Shown here one piece after another: positions 1 through 9,016 of a stretch of 64,000 nucleotides of DNA (positions are counted from its first letter, which is position 1; the number at the start of each line of letters is the position of its first letter). The notes beneath the pieces were generated by a model. That model searched no databases. It was not told the origin of the DNA and worked only from the letters and a program-made list of their open reading frames with translations. The stretch lies in the IMG/VR virus record IMGVR_UViG_3300010938_000951, positions 186,001 through 250,000 of that record; one strand, written 5' to 3'. The translations under genes were made by a program, and so were the position numbers.

Positions 1-2
1 AT

Positions 3-92
3 TTAATCTTTCAAAGAAGGGTTGATGGTCAGAAGATAGCCGCACCCAAAGGTACCATCATTGTACCTATTTCAGACTTGAGGTTTTCATAA
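3..92 (+). CDS. 3' end of an upstream gene (partial, ...LIFQRRVDGQKIAAPKGTIIVPISDLRFS*)
   Basis: Open frame from the window edge to TAA 90-92, which overlaps the ATG of the next gene (TAATG coupling). Confidence 0.45.
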   Translation, partial: LIFQRRVDGQKIAAPKGTIIVPISDLRFS

Positions 93-442
93 TGAATAAA
101 ACGTTTCTTAAGAAAATGAAAGCTCTATTATTAGAGCAAAAAGTAGAATTATTGAAATCTACTGCACAAGATGTGGTTGTTGATAATGAGGGTGATGAGA
201 CCGATGAAATTCAGGCTAATCAATTGATTGAAATGAATCATCAATTAGCTGTGCGCTCGTCTGCTAAAATGTCTCAAATAGAATCAGCTTTGAAAAGAAT
301 TGAAGAGGGAACATATGGCTTATGTCAAGACTGTGAAGATCCAATTCCAGAAAAGAGACTGCTAAGTAATCCATATTTTCAAACATGTGTGTCTTGTGCT
401 GAAGAGCGTGAAGCGGAAGAAAAACAAAGAAAGAGGTTTTGA
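92..442 (+). CDS. dksA: DksA/TraR-family C4 zinc-finger RNAP secondary-channel factor
   Basis: Coiled coil with DxxD tip (GDETDEI), then ALKRIEEGTYGLCQDC...RL..NP....CVSC. Confidence 0.9.
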   Translation: MNKTFLKKMKALLLEQKVELLKSTAQDVVVDNEGDETDEIQANQLIEMNHQLAVRSSAKMSQIESALKRIEEGTYGLCQDCEDPIPEKRLLSNPYFQTCVSCAEEREAEEKQRKRF

Positions 443-1029
443 TCTTGAATACATTAGTACTTGAGCAAACTGAATATGGCGAAGTGCCCATCGATGTGTA
501 TCAGAAATTATCTAGTGATCGTATTCTGTTTCTAACAGAATCTTTAAATGACGAACTTGCGTCTGATATTGTGGCAACTCTACTGCTAAAGGACAGTGAA
601 GACTCTGATGAAAAGATTACACTTTTCATTAATTGTCATGGTGGTGATATTCGCAATGCATTCATGATTTATGATGTTATGACTATGATTAAAGCGCCTA
701 TTGAAACTATCTGTGTTGGCACCGCTATGGATGAGGCCGTTATTTTGTTGTCTGGTGGTACCAAGGGTATGAGATTTGCAACCCCACATGCAATTATTGC
801 AGCAACACAGTTGGTAGCTGGTTGGCATATGCATACAGATTTGCCGGGTGCCCAAGCTGTTTTTGAGCAAGAAAAGCAAGATAATCAGCGCCTAATGGAG
901 ATTCTATCAAAAACAACTGGTAAATCTTTAACTCAGGTCAAAAAAGATTTTGATCGTCGAGTGTTCTTTAATGCCAAAAGTGCTTTGAAGTATGGTTTTA
1001 TTGATAAAATTGTTTCTTATAGTAAGTAA
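439..1029 (+). CDS. ClpP-fold protein, catalytically dead (ClpR-like)
   Basis: PIDVYQKL..DRILFL, FINCHGG and YGFIDKI are ClpP motifs. The triad positions read D, T and R instead of S, H and D. TTG start with GAGG upstream. Confidence 0.85.
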   Translation: MILNTLVLEQTEYGEVPIDVYQKLSSDRILFLTESLNDELASDIVATLLLKDSEDSDEKITLFINCHGGDIRNAFMIYDVMTMIKAPIETICVGTAMDEAVILLSGGTKGMRFATPHAIIAATQLVAGWHMHTDLPGAQAVFEQEKQDNQRLMEILSKTTGKSLTQVKKDFDRRVFFNAKSALKYGFIDKIVSYSK

Positions 1030-1032
1030 GGT

Positions 1033-1632
1033 ATGAATATGAATAAGAAAGAACAGCCACATCAGCCTGATAATTTTCGCATGCAAATGCCATCAGGATA
1101 TGGTGAAAGTTATGTCAAAATGACAAAAAGCCGATCCTTATTCATTTCGGAAAATGTTTCCGATAGATTAGGTGCCGAGCTATCAGCCATGTTATTATAT
1201 TATGATAATCAAGATCCCGAAGCGGATATTAATATTTACATTCATACCAACGGGGGCGCTACTACTGGTATGGCTAATATTTATGATGTAATGCAGATGA
1301 TACATGCCCCAATCAAAACTATTCTTTTAGGTAAAGCATATTCTGCGGGGGCTTGGATTTTAGCTGGTGGTACGAAGGGTAAGCGATATGCCCTTCATAG
1401 CGCTAAAGTTATGATTCATGGCACTCAATTCACTTTTCCTATTCCTGGATTCGATTTCACAAACAGCAAAAATTATTTGGAATTTGTGAACGAAGAAAAT
1501 GATGCAATGTTGAAAGTTTTAGCAAAGCATACAGGTCAACCTTTTGAAAAAATTAAAGCTGACTGCCAGACTGAATATTGGATGGATGCTAAAGCTGCGA
1601 AAGAATATGGCATTATAGATCATATTTTATAA
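1033..1632 (+). CDS. clpP: ClpP protease subunit
   Basis: IYIHTNGG, GKAYSAG (Ser), MIHG (His) and EYGIIDHI; the catalytic Asp position is Glu. Confidence 0.9.
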   Translation: MNMNKKEQPHQPDNFRMQMPSGYGESYVKMTKSRSLFISENVSDRLGAELSAMLLYYDNQDPEADINIYIHTNGGATTGMANIYDVMQMIHAPIKTILLGKAYSAGAWILAGGTKGKRYALHSAKVMIHGTQFTFPIPGFDFTNSKNYLEFVNEENDAMLKVLAKHTGQPFEKIKADCQTEYWMDAKAAKEYGIIDHIL

Positions 1633-1633
1633 G

Positions 1634-2077
1634 ATGAGTGAAATCATTTTTGATTTGGTATATTCTGATTATGACTGGCAGGAGCATCATTTTGTTAAAG
1701 CTCCTGATGGTACTACTCTAGAAGATTTTCAAAAACTTTGTGATAGCCTTATGCCAAAGGCTGGTTACAAGGCCATTCTAAAAAGATCATCCCCTAAAGT
1801 TGGTGGATGGGTTTGTTGGAGTGATGTTGTGGAGTCGTTGGTATCTTTGTTAGAAGAACAGGGATACCAACGAATTATTTTGGGCTCTTATGTTGTAAAC
1901 GGTGGTGTTATTATTCGGCCAGATGACTATGAGGGCAAAGAAAAATTAGGCTTTTCTTGCCAAGCCATTTCATCTTATAATGGTAAATTAGAAAGAAAAT
2001 TGGCCGAGGAACGAAAGGCCAAGAAACAATTAAGAATTGGTCTTTTAAAGAAAAAGGTAGTTCAAATCATTAAATAG
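1634..2077 (+). CDS. hypothetical protein
   Basis: 147-aa ORF tiling between neighbours; no family recognised. Confidence 0.6.
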   Translation: MSEIIFDLVYSDYDWQEHHFVKAPDGTTLEDFQKLCDSLMPKAGYKAILKRSSPKVGGWVCWSDVVESLVSLLEEQGYQRIILGSYVVNGGVIIRPDDYEGKEKLGFSCQAISSYNGKLERKLAEERKAKKQLRIGLLKKKVVQIIK

Positions 2078-2091
2078 CAATAATAACATAT
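2078..2091 (+). promoter_or_regulatory. motif B candidate (late-type) promoter CAATAAT-AACA-TAT
   Basis: 7 nt upstream of ATG 2099, which has no SD; the same motif occurs at six other gene starts. Confidence 0.55.
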
Positions 2092-2098
2092 TTTTATT

Positions 2099-3517
2099 AT
2101 GGAAAAGACCGCCCGAAAACCATCTGCTGACCCAATTCAGGAGAAATTAAGACAAAATAAAGCCAATTGGAACAAAGATGTGTCTGCATTTGTGAATAAT
2201 CTTATTCATCTAAAAAAGATGATGAATGGCTGGCCATCCAAGTTTTTCAAAGAGCGCTCTCGTATTACCGATCCTATTCCGGCGGATCCAGCAACTATTA
2301 TTGGTTCATTGGCGGGTGATTTTCAAGAGTTAGCCCAGAGAGGCAATGCTCTTGTACAAGAACAAATTGACTACTCAAAAAATCGTCGTAAAAGACAACC
2401 AAAGCAATTAAATCTACCACTTCAACAACCAGAGCAATCTCCTCAAGCTCCGGAGGCGCCAAAACCTCCAACACCAGATTTATCAAAGCAACTTTCATTG
2501 GGACTAAATGCTTCAAGTGAAAATACTAAGTTATTTAAGTTAGCGTCTGAGATGGAAGAAAAATATTTTCTCGAATCACAGGCATCAAACCCATTTACTC
2601 GTTTTATTGCTAGATTATTTAATCCAAAGTTTGGGTTTGGTGAGGCAGCTCGTATGCGTCGTTTGCGCATGACAATGTTAGATGGTTGTGCAAAGACTTT
2701 CAAAACTCTTAAAGAATTGCAAGCTACAGTAGTTAAATCTTCAGATGCCAGCATAGAACAGTCTCATAAAATGATGACCATGGCATGGAACAATTGGAAC
2801 ATTGTTTATAGGCTTGTGTCTGCTTTTAAAGGACTTAAACCAGGAGATATTAAAGAGTCCGGCGGAGCTATTGAAGATCCCGAATTAAAACGTCAAAGAG
2901 CCATTGAAGAGGGCCGAGATCCAGATGAATCCACAGAATCTCCGGCCATACCATCATCTCAAATAGTTTCAACGCTAGCTAGTAAGATAAAAGATTTCCG
3001 TGGAAATGCTACTTTTATTGGCGCAACTGTAAGTAATCCACAATTTAGAAACATGGTTTCTTTAATGGAACGACTTGCTGCTATGCCAAAAGGTAAAAAT
3101 TTATCAGTTGATGAAATTGCTGAAATAGAGAAAAATTATAATGAAGCCTTAGTGGCTACTGCTAAAGAATTAGGATTTTCCAATATGAGTTCTTTTAGCC
3201 ATATAGCTCAAACGATGGTTACTGTGGCAAATTCTCCAAAGAAAGAAGCGCAAGAATTACGTGGCTATCTTGGTAAGACAAGACATCAATTAATTCCAGG
3301 ATCAACCTCCGGCTCTAGGTTAGAGATTTATAACCTTATTGGTCAAACCAAAAAAGACATAGATGCTTTAATGGATTTGCTTGAAAAAGGTTTTGAGCGT
3401 GAAAAAATTGAAACGTTAGTGGGCCAAATTCATCGTCAGATGTCTGCTTTGCGTACTATGATTCGTTCTCTATTATATTCTACGAAACCAGAGAAAGCAT
3501 CTTCTCCATTTTTCTGA
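2099..3517 (+). CDS. hypothetical multi-domain helical protein with two clamp-binding-like motifs and K-x-A sites
   Basis: 472 aa; Pro-rich linker containing QLNLPL and QLSLGL; EKTAR, FKLAS and KKEAQ at segment borders. Confidence 0.8.
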   Translation: MEKTARKPSADPIQEKLRQNKANWNKDVSAFVNNLIHLKKMMNGWPSKFFKERSRITDPIPADPATIIGSLAGDFQELAQRGNALVQEQIDYSKNRRKRQPKQLNLPLQQPEQSPQAPEAPKPPTPDLSKQLSLGLNASSENTKLFKLASEMEEKYFLESQASNPFTRFIARLFNPKFGFGEAARMRRLRMTMLDGCAKTFKTLKELQATVVKSSDASIEQSHKMMTMAWNNWNIVYRLVSAFKGLKPGDIKESGGAIEDPELKRQRAIEEGRDPDESTESPAIPSSQIVSTLASKIKDFRGNATFIGATVSNPQFRNMVSLMERLAAMPKGKNLSVDEIAEIEKNYNEALVATAKELGFSNMSSFSHIAQTMVTVANSPKKEAQELRGYLGKTRHQLIPGSTSGSRLEIYNLIGQTKKDIDALMDLLEKGFEREKIETLVGQIHRQMSALRTMIRSLLYSTKPEKASSPFF

Positions 3518-3524
3518 GGCAAAC

Positions 3525-3929
3525 ATGGAACAAGGATATGTTTATTTACATGATAATGTCTTTCCTACATTGCTTGCCATTTCACAGGATGAGCAGTCAC
3601 GTGGTCTAATGCATCAGGAATGGCCTCCACCAGTAATGTCGTTTGTATATGGCATGCCACAGTCTAATAGATTTTGGATGAAGAATACACCAAGCCCCTT
3701 AGATATTGTGTTTTGTCATAAAGGTAAAGTGGCAGAAATTTGTTTTGGTGAACCTCACTCAACTGAAATTATTGGCACTCAGATTAGTGATCTTGTAATT
3801 GAGCTACCATATGGAACAGTAGATTCGATAGGTTTGAAGGTTGGGCAAGCGGCCGGACTTATAAAGCCTACACAAGAAGACCTGCGCAAAATTTTTGCTA
3901 CAAAATACGGACTATTTGTAAAATTCTGA
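3525..3929 (+). CDS. DUF192 (UPF0127) family protein
   Basis: EQSRGLM, FWMKNTPSPLDIVF and VIELPYG motifs. Confidence 0.85.
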   Translation: MEQGYVYLHDNVFPTLLAISQDEQSRGLMHQEWPPPVMSFVYGMPQSNRFWMKNTPSPLDIVFCHKGKVAEICFGEPHSTEIIGTQISDLVIELPYGTVDSIGLKVGQAAGLIKPTQEDLRKIFATKYGLFVKF

Positions 3930-3935
3930 TACCCC

Positions 3936-3963
3936 TTGCATTATTAATTTGTAAGATTATATT
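3936..3963 (+). promoter_or_regulatory. sigma70-like promoter TTGCAT-16-TATATT
   Basis: Intergenic, 12 nt before ATG 3976; same geometry as the site upstream of dnaE. Confidence 0.4.
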
Positions 3964-3975
3964 GATGGGTACGAC

Positions 3976-4959
3976 ATGGATACCGTACAACATTTCAACC
4001 AGATTCTTAGCAGTTTTAATATCAAAGCTACCTGTCTAGATATGCATCAAGTCGATAACTATGTTTATTACGATCTGAAATTGCATCCACGAGCTAAGGT
4101 AAAAGATATTCAAAAGTATGCTGATGAGATTTCATTGACACTTAAGAAAAGTAAACCAAGTGTCAAAGTACTTCATGAACAAGGAGTAGTACGAGTTGAG
4201 TTTGCTTCTCCTCGTGAAACACCACTCAAATTGTTTGACCTGTTTACTAATGATGATGTGCCACAAGGCGGTCTAGTGTGTTTATTAGGACAAACGGTTG
4301 ATGGCAACAAGGTTTGGGTTGATTTACTAGATAATCCTCACTGTTTGGTTGCTGGAACAACTGGTTCTGGTAAAAGTACATTGCTTCATAATATTATTGC
4401 AAACGTATTTAATTATAATGATGCCGACTTATATTTAATTGATCCAAAACGTATTGAATTTTCTCAATATGAAGGTATGAGAAATACTCAAGTCTATAAT
4501 AATTACGATGATGTTGTAGAGTTTTTATCCAACATGATCGATATTATGGAAGACCGATTCATGAAATTGCGAGCTGGTTGGAGCATTCAAGATTTAAAAC
4601 CAGTTTTGATTATTATTGATGAGTTTTCCGATTTAGCAATGCAAGATAAAGGAGATGTGTTCTTTGAGCGACTATGTAGGTTGGCTCAGAAATGTCGTGC
4701 AGCTCGTATTTCTATTATGCTATCAACTCAACGACCATCTGTTAATATCATCAATGGTGCAATTAAGGCTAATTTTCCTGCTCGTATTGCATGTAAAGTT
4801 GCAAGCCATGTAGATTCTAAAGTAATTCTGGACGCGACCGGCGCTGAGAATTTGCTTGGTAAAGGTGATGCTCTATTACGCGATAATTATCGTAATATGG
4901 AACGGTTTCAGGTGGCATATACAGACGCAACAGAAGTTTGCGAAATTTTTAGGTCCTAA
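3976..4959 (+). CDS. FtsK/SpoIIIE-type ATPase (motor domain only)
   Basis: PHCLVAGTTGSGKS, IDPK, IIIDEF, STQRPS and AENLLGKGDAL; no TM or gamma domain. Confidence 0.9.
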   Translation: MDTVQHFNQILSSFNIKATCLDMHQVDNYVYYDLKLHPRAKVKDIQKYADEISLTLKKSKPSVKVLHEQGVVRVEFASPRETPLKLFDLFTNDDVPQGGLVCLLGQTVDGNKVWVDLLDNPHCLVAGTTGSGKSTLLHNIIANVFNYNDADLYLIDPKRIEFSQYEGMRNTQVYNNYDDVVEFLSNMIDIMEDRFMKLRAGWSIQDLKPVLIIIDEFSDLAMQDKGDVFFERLCRLAQKCRAARISIMLSTQRPSVNIINGAIKANFPARIACKVASHVDSKVILDATGAENLLGKGDALLRDNYRNMERFQVAYTDATEVCEIFRS

Positions 4960-6296
4960 TGGAAGCGGCTGTGAGTACATTAAATTTGATGGATGTTGAT
5001 TCGTTGGTAGAAGATTTTCTCCAAGAACGTGAACAAGGCATTACTACATTACATCGAATTTATTTTAAAAGCACTAATCAGCTTTCTTTGCGTGCGCTGA
5101 TTGAAAATCTTAGGGAAGAATTGCGTACAGGTTGTGTAACATTTATCAATAATGGATCGCCACTTGAAGAAATTAATGATTATCTTTTTTATATTGTAAA
5201 TGCTTTTTGTAAAAAACAAACTTCACCAGATGTAAGACACAAGGCCGAATATATTTGTCCCGGCTGTGTTTTTCTGGGTAAAGAATATAGTGTTTTATAC
5301 TTTAATAAAGTGCTGTATTGTGATGAATGCGAAGAGGAGTTTAAAAACTCTACTGATCCTAAAAGGATAACGTTTTTTAAAACCTTTTATCGACATAACA
5401 AAAATGGATATAGATGTCCCGATTGTGAAAGATTTATTCCTCATCCAATAGATAATTCTTATACAGTATCTTGTCCGTATTTTGATTGTATATTTTCTGG
5501 TTCTGTGAGCGATTTGAGTAAGATGCATCATCCTACATCTAAATCAAATCCTGAAAAGTTAATTCTTGATGCTTCTAAAGAAGGTTTTTCTTTAAAAGAT
5601 AATATTCAGACACAAGAAGTAGATGCCTATGCTCAATTAGAGTTTGCTGAAGAGCTACAAGAGAAAATAAAGTCTATTAAAGAAATTATTGAAACACAAA
5701 GCAATAATGCGGCGTACAGTAGCTCTAGTGCAACCGTAAAACATAAACAGTGCGTTTATCAGGCATTTTCCAATTTGTTGGATCGCTTTCCAGAAGAAAT
5801 GGTAGCTTATATACTTAATAGTACAAATAATCATATGGGGTTTCAGCATAAGATATTTCAAGAATATGTTTCTTTAATGGAAGCCTCGTTACCATTTGTG
5901 GTTTTTAAGAATAAAAAGCCAATTAAAATTGATAATATCATGGATGCCAATTTAGGTATTTTTGATGACATATCTATTTTTGAAGGTATTGTTAATGACA
6001 AGTTGATTATTAAGAATGAAACCAAAGAACTATATATTGGTAATAGAAAAAGCGTCTATACTAAACCATATTATATTGGCAAATTACTCAATGTTATTGA
6101 ACGAGATACGAAGAAACCACTTCTTTCTAATGTAAAAGAATATTCGTTTTCCAAAATTCATATGTCTGATGTAAAACCTGGTACATTAGTTACAGTTACT
6201 CATCTTAGAGTCCCACCACATTATCAAATGGGCGGAATGACGTATGTTAACAGAATACGAAAGAAAATTGTGGAAAGAGCAAGGAGCATGACATGA
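4959..6296 (+). CDS. zinc-finger protein, weakly sigma-factor-like
   Basis: Four Cys pairs (CPGC, CDEC, CPDC, CPYFDC) between segments loosely like sigma regions 2 and 3/4. Confidence 0.65.
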   Translation: MEAAVSTLNLMDVDSLVEDFLQEREQGITTLHRIYFKSTNQLSLRALIENLREELRTGCVTFINNGSPLEEINDYLFYIVNAFCKKQTSPDVRHKAEYICPGCVFLGKEYSVLYFNKVLYCDECEEEFKNSTDPKRITFFKTFYRHNKNGYRCPDCERFIPHPIDNSYTVSCPYFDCIFSGSVSDLSKMHHPTSKSNPEKLILDASKEGFSLKDNIQTQEVDAYAQLEFAEELQEKIKSIKEIIETQSNNAAYSSSSATVKHKQCVYQAFSNLLDRFPEEMVAYILNSTNNHMGFQHKIFQEYVSLMEASLPFVVFKNKKPIKIDNIMDANLGIFDDISIFEGIVNDKLIIKNETKELYIGNRKSVYTKPYYIGKLLNVIERDTKKPLLSNVKEYSFSKIHMSDVKPGTLVTVTHLRVPPHYQMGGMTYVNRIRKKIVERARSMT

Positions 6297-6757
6297 AATA
6301 TCCGACAATTAGGCTTCCACCAAAAACTGAAGTGATTAAGATAAATATTTCGGAATCTTTTATGACCCGTGCTCGCTGCAAAGAATGTGGTAAAGGGCCT
6401 GATTACTACTATGCAACTATGAAGCCTTTTATGTGGAAAGAAGTCAAATATTTTATGATCTTTTCTGAGTTTTCTAAAAAGTGGTTTTCGAAAAACTCTG
6501 GTTGGTTTAAAGATTTCGAACCTCGCTATTTTACAAAGGCTGGAGATTTCTCTCGTCGATTAGAAGATAAATCATATAATCCTATTGTACATAGAACAAA
6601 AGGTGCGGATATTAATGACCGCTATAATGTTGTAGAATATATTGGTTGTGGATGCGGCGCTACTATATGGGCATTTAATAATGTTTCAGTACAAAAACGT
6701 CCAGAAATTACGAGCCGAAAGGGTCGATATAAATACCCTCAGAAGTTTTCATATTGA
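6293..6757 (+). CDS. hypothetical protein with Cys pairs
   Basis: ATGA overlap with the previous gene; CKEC and CGC. Confidence 0.6.
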   Translation: MKYPTIRLPPKTEVIKINISESFMTRARCKECGKGPDYYYATMKPFMWKEVKYFMIFSEFSKKWFSKNSGWFKDFEPRYFTKAGDFSRRLEDKSYNPIVHRTKGADINDRYNVVEYIGCGCGATIWAFNNVSVQKRPEITSRKGRYKYPQKFSY

Positions 6758-7154
6758 GTTTTGGCAAGCGCTGGCGAACTTGTTCTTCGAGAAATAAGAA
6801 ATCATCAGCCAATTCTTCAAATAATTTCCATTCACGGTTAATAAGCTTGTAGCAAGAATAATAAGAAAGTCTAGCTACAGTATCATAATATTCTTTGCTT
6901 GCAAATTGAAGATGTTGCGGCGCAATTGTATTGGCAAAAAATATCCAATCTCCTAAATTTTGGTAGACCAAAAAATCTTGTTTGTCACGGGCTTGCGCAA
7001 ACAACAAAGTGACACTATCTTTGGATAAGTCGAACTCGGCGGTCTTAAATTTTCCATAAATGCTAACAATGTATGCTTTTGTATCACGTTGGCACTGGAG
7101 ATCGTTTAGTAGTTCTTCAAAGAAACTACTAATGTTTCTGTGAAATACATCCAT
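6708..7154 (-). CDS. conserved hypothetical protein of bacterial type
   Basis: LGDWIFF...EYYDTVARLSY...LFEELADDF resembles an uncharacterised bacterial family (from recall). ATG 7154 is preferred over TTG 7166 because motif B lies 6 nt upstream. Confidence 0.7.
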   Translation of the reverse strand: MDVFHRNISSFFEELLNDLQCQRDTKAYIVSIYGKFKTAEFDLSKDSVTLLFAQARDKQDFLVYQNLGDWIFFANTIAPQHLQFASKEYYDTVARLSYYSCYKLINREWKLFEELADDFLFLEEQVRQRLPKLNMKTSEGIYIDPFGS

Positions 7155-7160
7155 AAGATG

Positions 7161-7174
7161 ATACAAGAATATTG
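7161..7174 (-). promoter_or_regulatory. motif B candidate promoter CAATATT-CTTG-TAT
   Basis: Minus strand, 6 nt before ATG 7154, no SD. Confidence 0.55.
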
Positions 7175-7190
7175 AAAGACTCGGTGATAA

Positions 7191-8993
7191 ATGAAGACAT
7201 TAGTGATAGTAGAATCGCCAGCTAAGGCAGAAAAAATTCAAGGTTATTTAGGCAAAGACTATATTGTGTTGGCCAGTAAGGGTCACATTACTGATTTGGC
7301 TAAAGGCGGTCGATTTGGTTTGGGAGTTGATATTGATAAAGACTTTCGGCCACACTATGTTTTACAAGAAGATAAAATAGACACTTTAGACATGTTATTG
7401 AAAGCCACCAAGAAGTGCGATAACATTCTAATTGCAAGCGACCCCGATCGTGAGGGTGAAGCTATTGCTTGGCATCTTCAGGAGCGTTTAAAAGATACTG
7501 GATTACCAATTAAAAGAGTGGTTTTCAACGAAATCAAAAAAGATAAGGTTCAGAAGGCCATTAAATCTCCACGAGATGTAGATATTAATTTGTTTCATTC
7601 TCAAGAAGCCCGCCGCATACTAGATCGTTTAGTAGGATTTATGGCCTCACCATTTCTTATGAACTATTTTGGCCCGAAACTTTCTGCCGGTCGTGTTCAG
7701 TCTGTCGTTACTCGTATGGTTATTGACCGTGAGCGTGAGATTGAGGCTTTCGTTCCAGAAACTTTTTGGACTATCAGTGTTATGCTGGCTCCAGCTACAA
7801 ATATGAAGCACGGTTTCATGACTAAGTTTAATGGTCGCCCAACTGATGAAAAAATAGCCAAGTCAGTAAAAAGTACTTTGGATGTTGATCCGTATATTGT
7901 ATCAGAGGTTATTTCTGATGAGGAAGCAAAATATCCTCAACCACCTTTGGTAACTTCCACATTGCAACGAATTATGTCAAAACAGCATGGGTTTAGCGCT
8001 GATCGTACCATGAAAGCTGCGCAATCTCTATATGAAAATGGATATTGTACATATATTCGTACTGACTCTGTTCGAGTTGGCGATGAAGCCTTAGAAGATG
8101 TTCGTAAGTGGATCCAAGATCATAAGTACGGCCTACCTAAGAAGCCTTATTCTTATAAGAATAAGGATGCAGCACAAGATGCTCATGAATGTATTAGACC
8201 ATCGGATTTGACTTTAGAGCCTAATAATAACTATGCAATGGTTGATCCTGATGAAAAGTTGGTGTATGAGACTATTTGGAAGTATTTTGTTGCTAGTCAG
8301 ATGATGCCGGCCATCTATGATACAATGAAAGTTACTGCTCATATTAAAGGAGATCCAACTCATGAGGTGAAAGCATCTGGTAAAGCCCTTAAGAGTCAAG
8401 GATTTTTGGAAATCTTGGGCGTGCAAGATGATTCTAAAATTGATATCCCTGTACTTAAAGTCGGTGATATTCTAAATCGTTTTGGTAAAAATCCGGTTCA
8501 ACTAGAAAAGAAGCAGACACAGCCGCCACCAAGATATTCTGAAGATAAGCTTATTAAAGAATTAGTTACCAAGAATATCGGTCGTCCAGCCACTTATGCT
8601 GAATTGCTAAGTAAGATTAGTTCTCGCAATTATGTTGAGAAAAGGGGCAATGTCTTCCACGCTACAGATTTGGGCAAGAAAATTACCGATGAATTGATTC
8701 AGTTTTTTACTTTCATGGATTATGATTACACCGCAAAAATGGAACAACAACTTGACGAGATTGAAAGTGGAAAAGTTAATCATGTTGATATGTTGAAAAA
8801 GTTTTATCCTGAATTTAAAAAGGAGTTGGACAAGGCATATATTGGTCATGGCGCTAATATGTGCCCCAAATGTGGAAGTCCAATGTCTGTTCGTACAACC
8901 AAAACTGGTAAGTTTTGGGGATGCTCTGGATATCCTAAGTGTAAACACACTGTGAATATTACATCATCACAACCTGTAAATAATGTTGTTTAA
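7191..8993 (+). CDS. topA: DNA topoisomerase IA
   Basis: LVIVESPAKA, ASDPDREGEAIAWH, SAGRVQS, catalytic YIRTDS, GRPATY and a C-terminal CPKCG..C..YPKC ribbon. Confidence 0.97.
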   Translation: MKTLVIVESPAKAEKIQGYLGKDYIVLASKGHITDLAKGGRFGLGVDIDKDFRPHYVLQEDKIDTLDMLLKATKKCDNILIASDPDREGEAIAWHLQERLKDTGLPIKRVVFNEIKKDKVQKAIKSPRDVDINLFHSQEARRILDRLVGFMASPFLMNYFGPKLSAGRVQSVVTRMVIDREREIEAFVPETFWTISVMLAPATNMKHGFMTKFNGRPTDEKIAKSVKSTLDVDPYIVSEVISDEEAKYPQPPLVTSTLQRIMSKQHGFSADRTMKAAQSLYENGYCTYIRTDSVRVGDEALEDVRKWIQDHKYGLPKKPYSYKNKDAAQDAHECIRPSDLTLEPNNNYAMVDPDEKLVYETIWKYFVASQMMPAIYDTMKVTAHIKGDPTHEVKASGKALKSQGFLEILGVQDDSKIDIPVLKVGDILNRFGKNPVQLEKKQTQPPPRYSEDKLIKELVTKNIGRPATYAELLSKISSRNYVEKRGNVFHATDLGKKITDELIQFFTFMDYDYTAKMEQQLDEIESGKVNHVDMLKKFYPEFKKELDKAYIGHGANMCPKCGSPMSVRTTKTGKFWGCSGYPKCKHTVNITSSQPVNNVV

Positions 8994-9016
8994 AGAAAGA
9001 ACGAGTACCCTGATAC

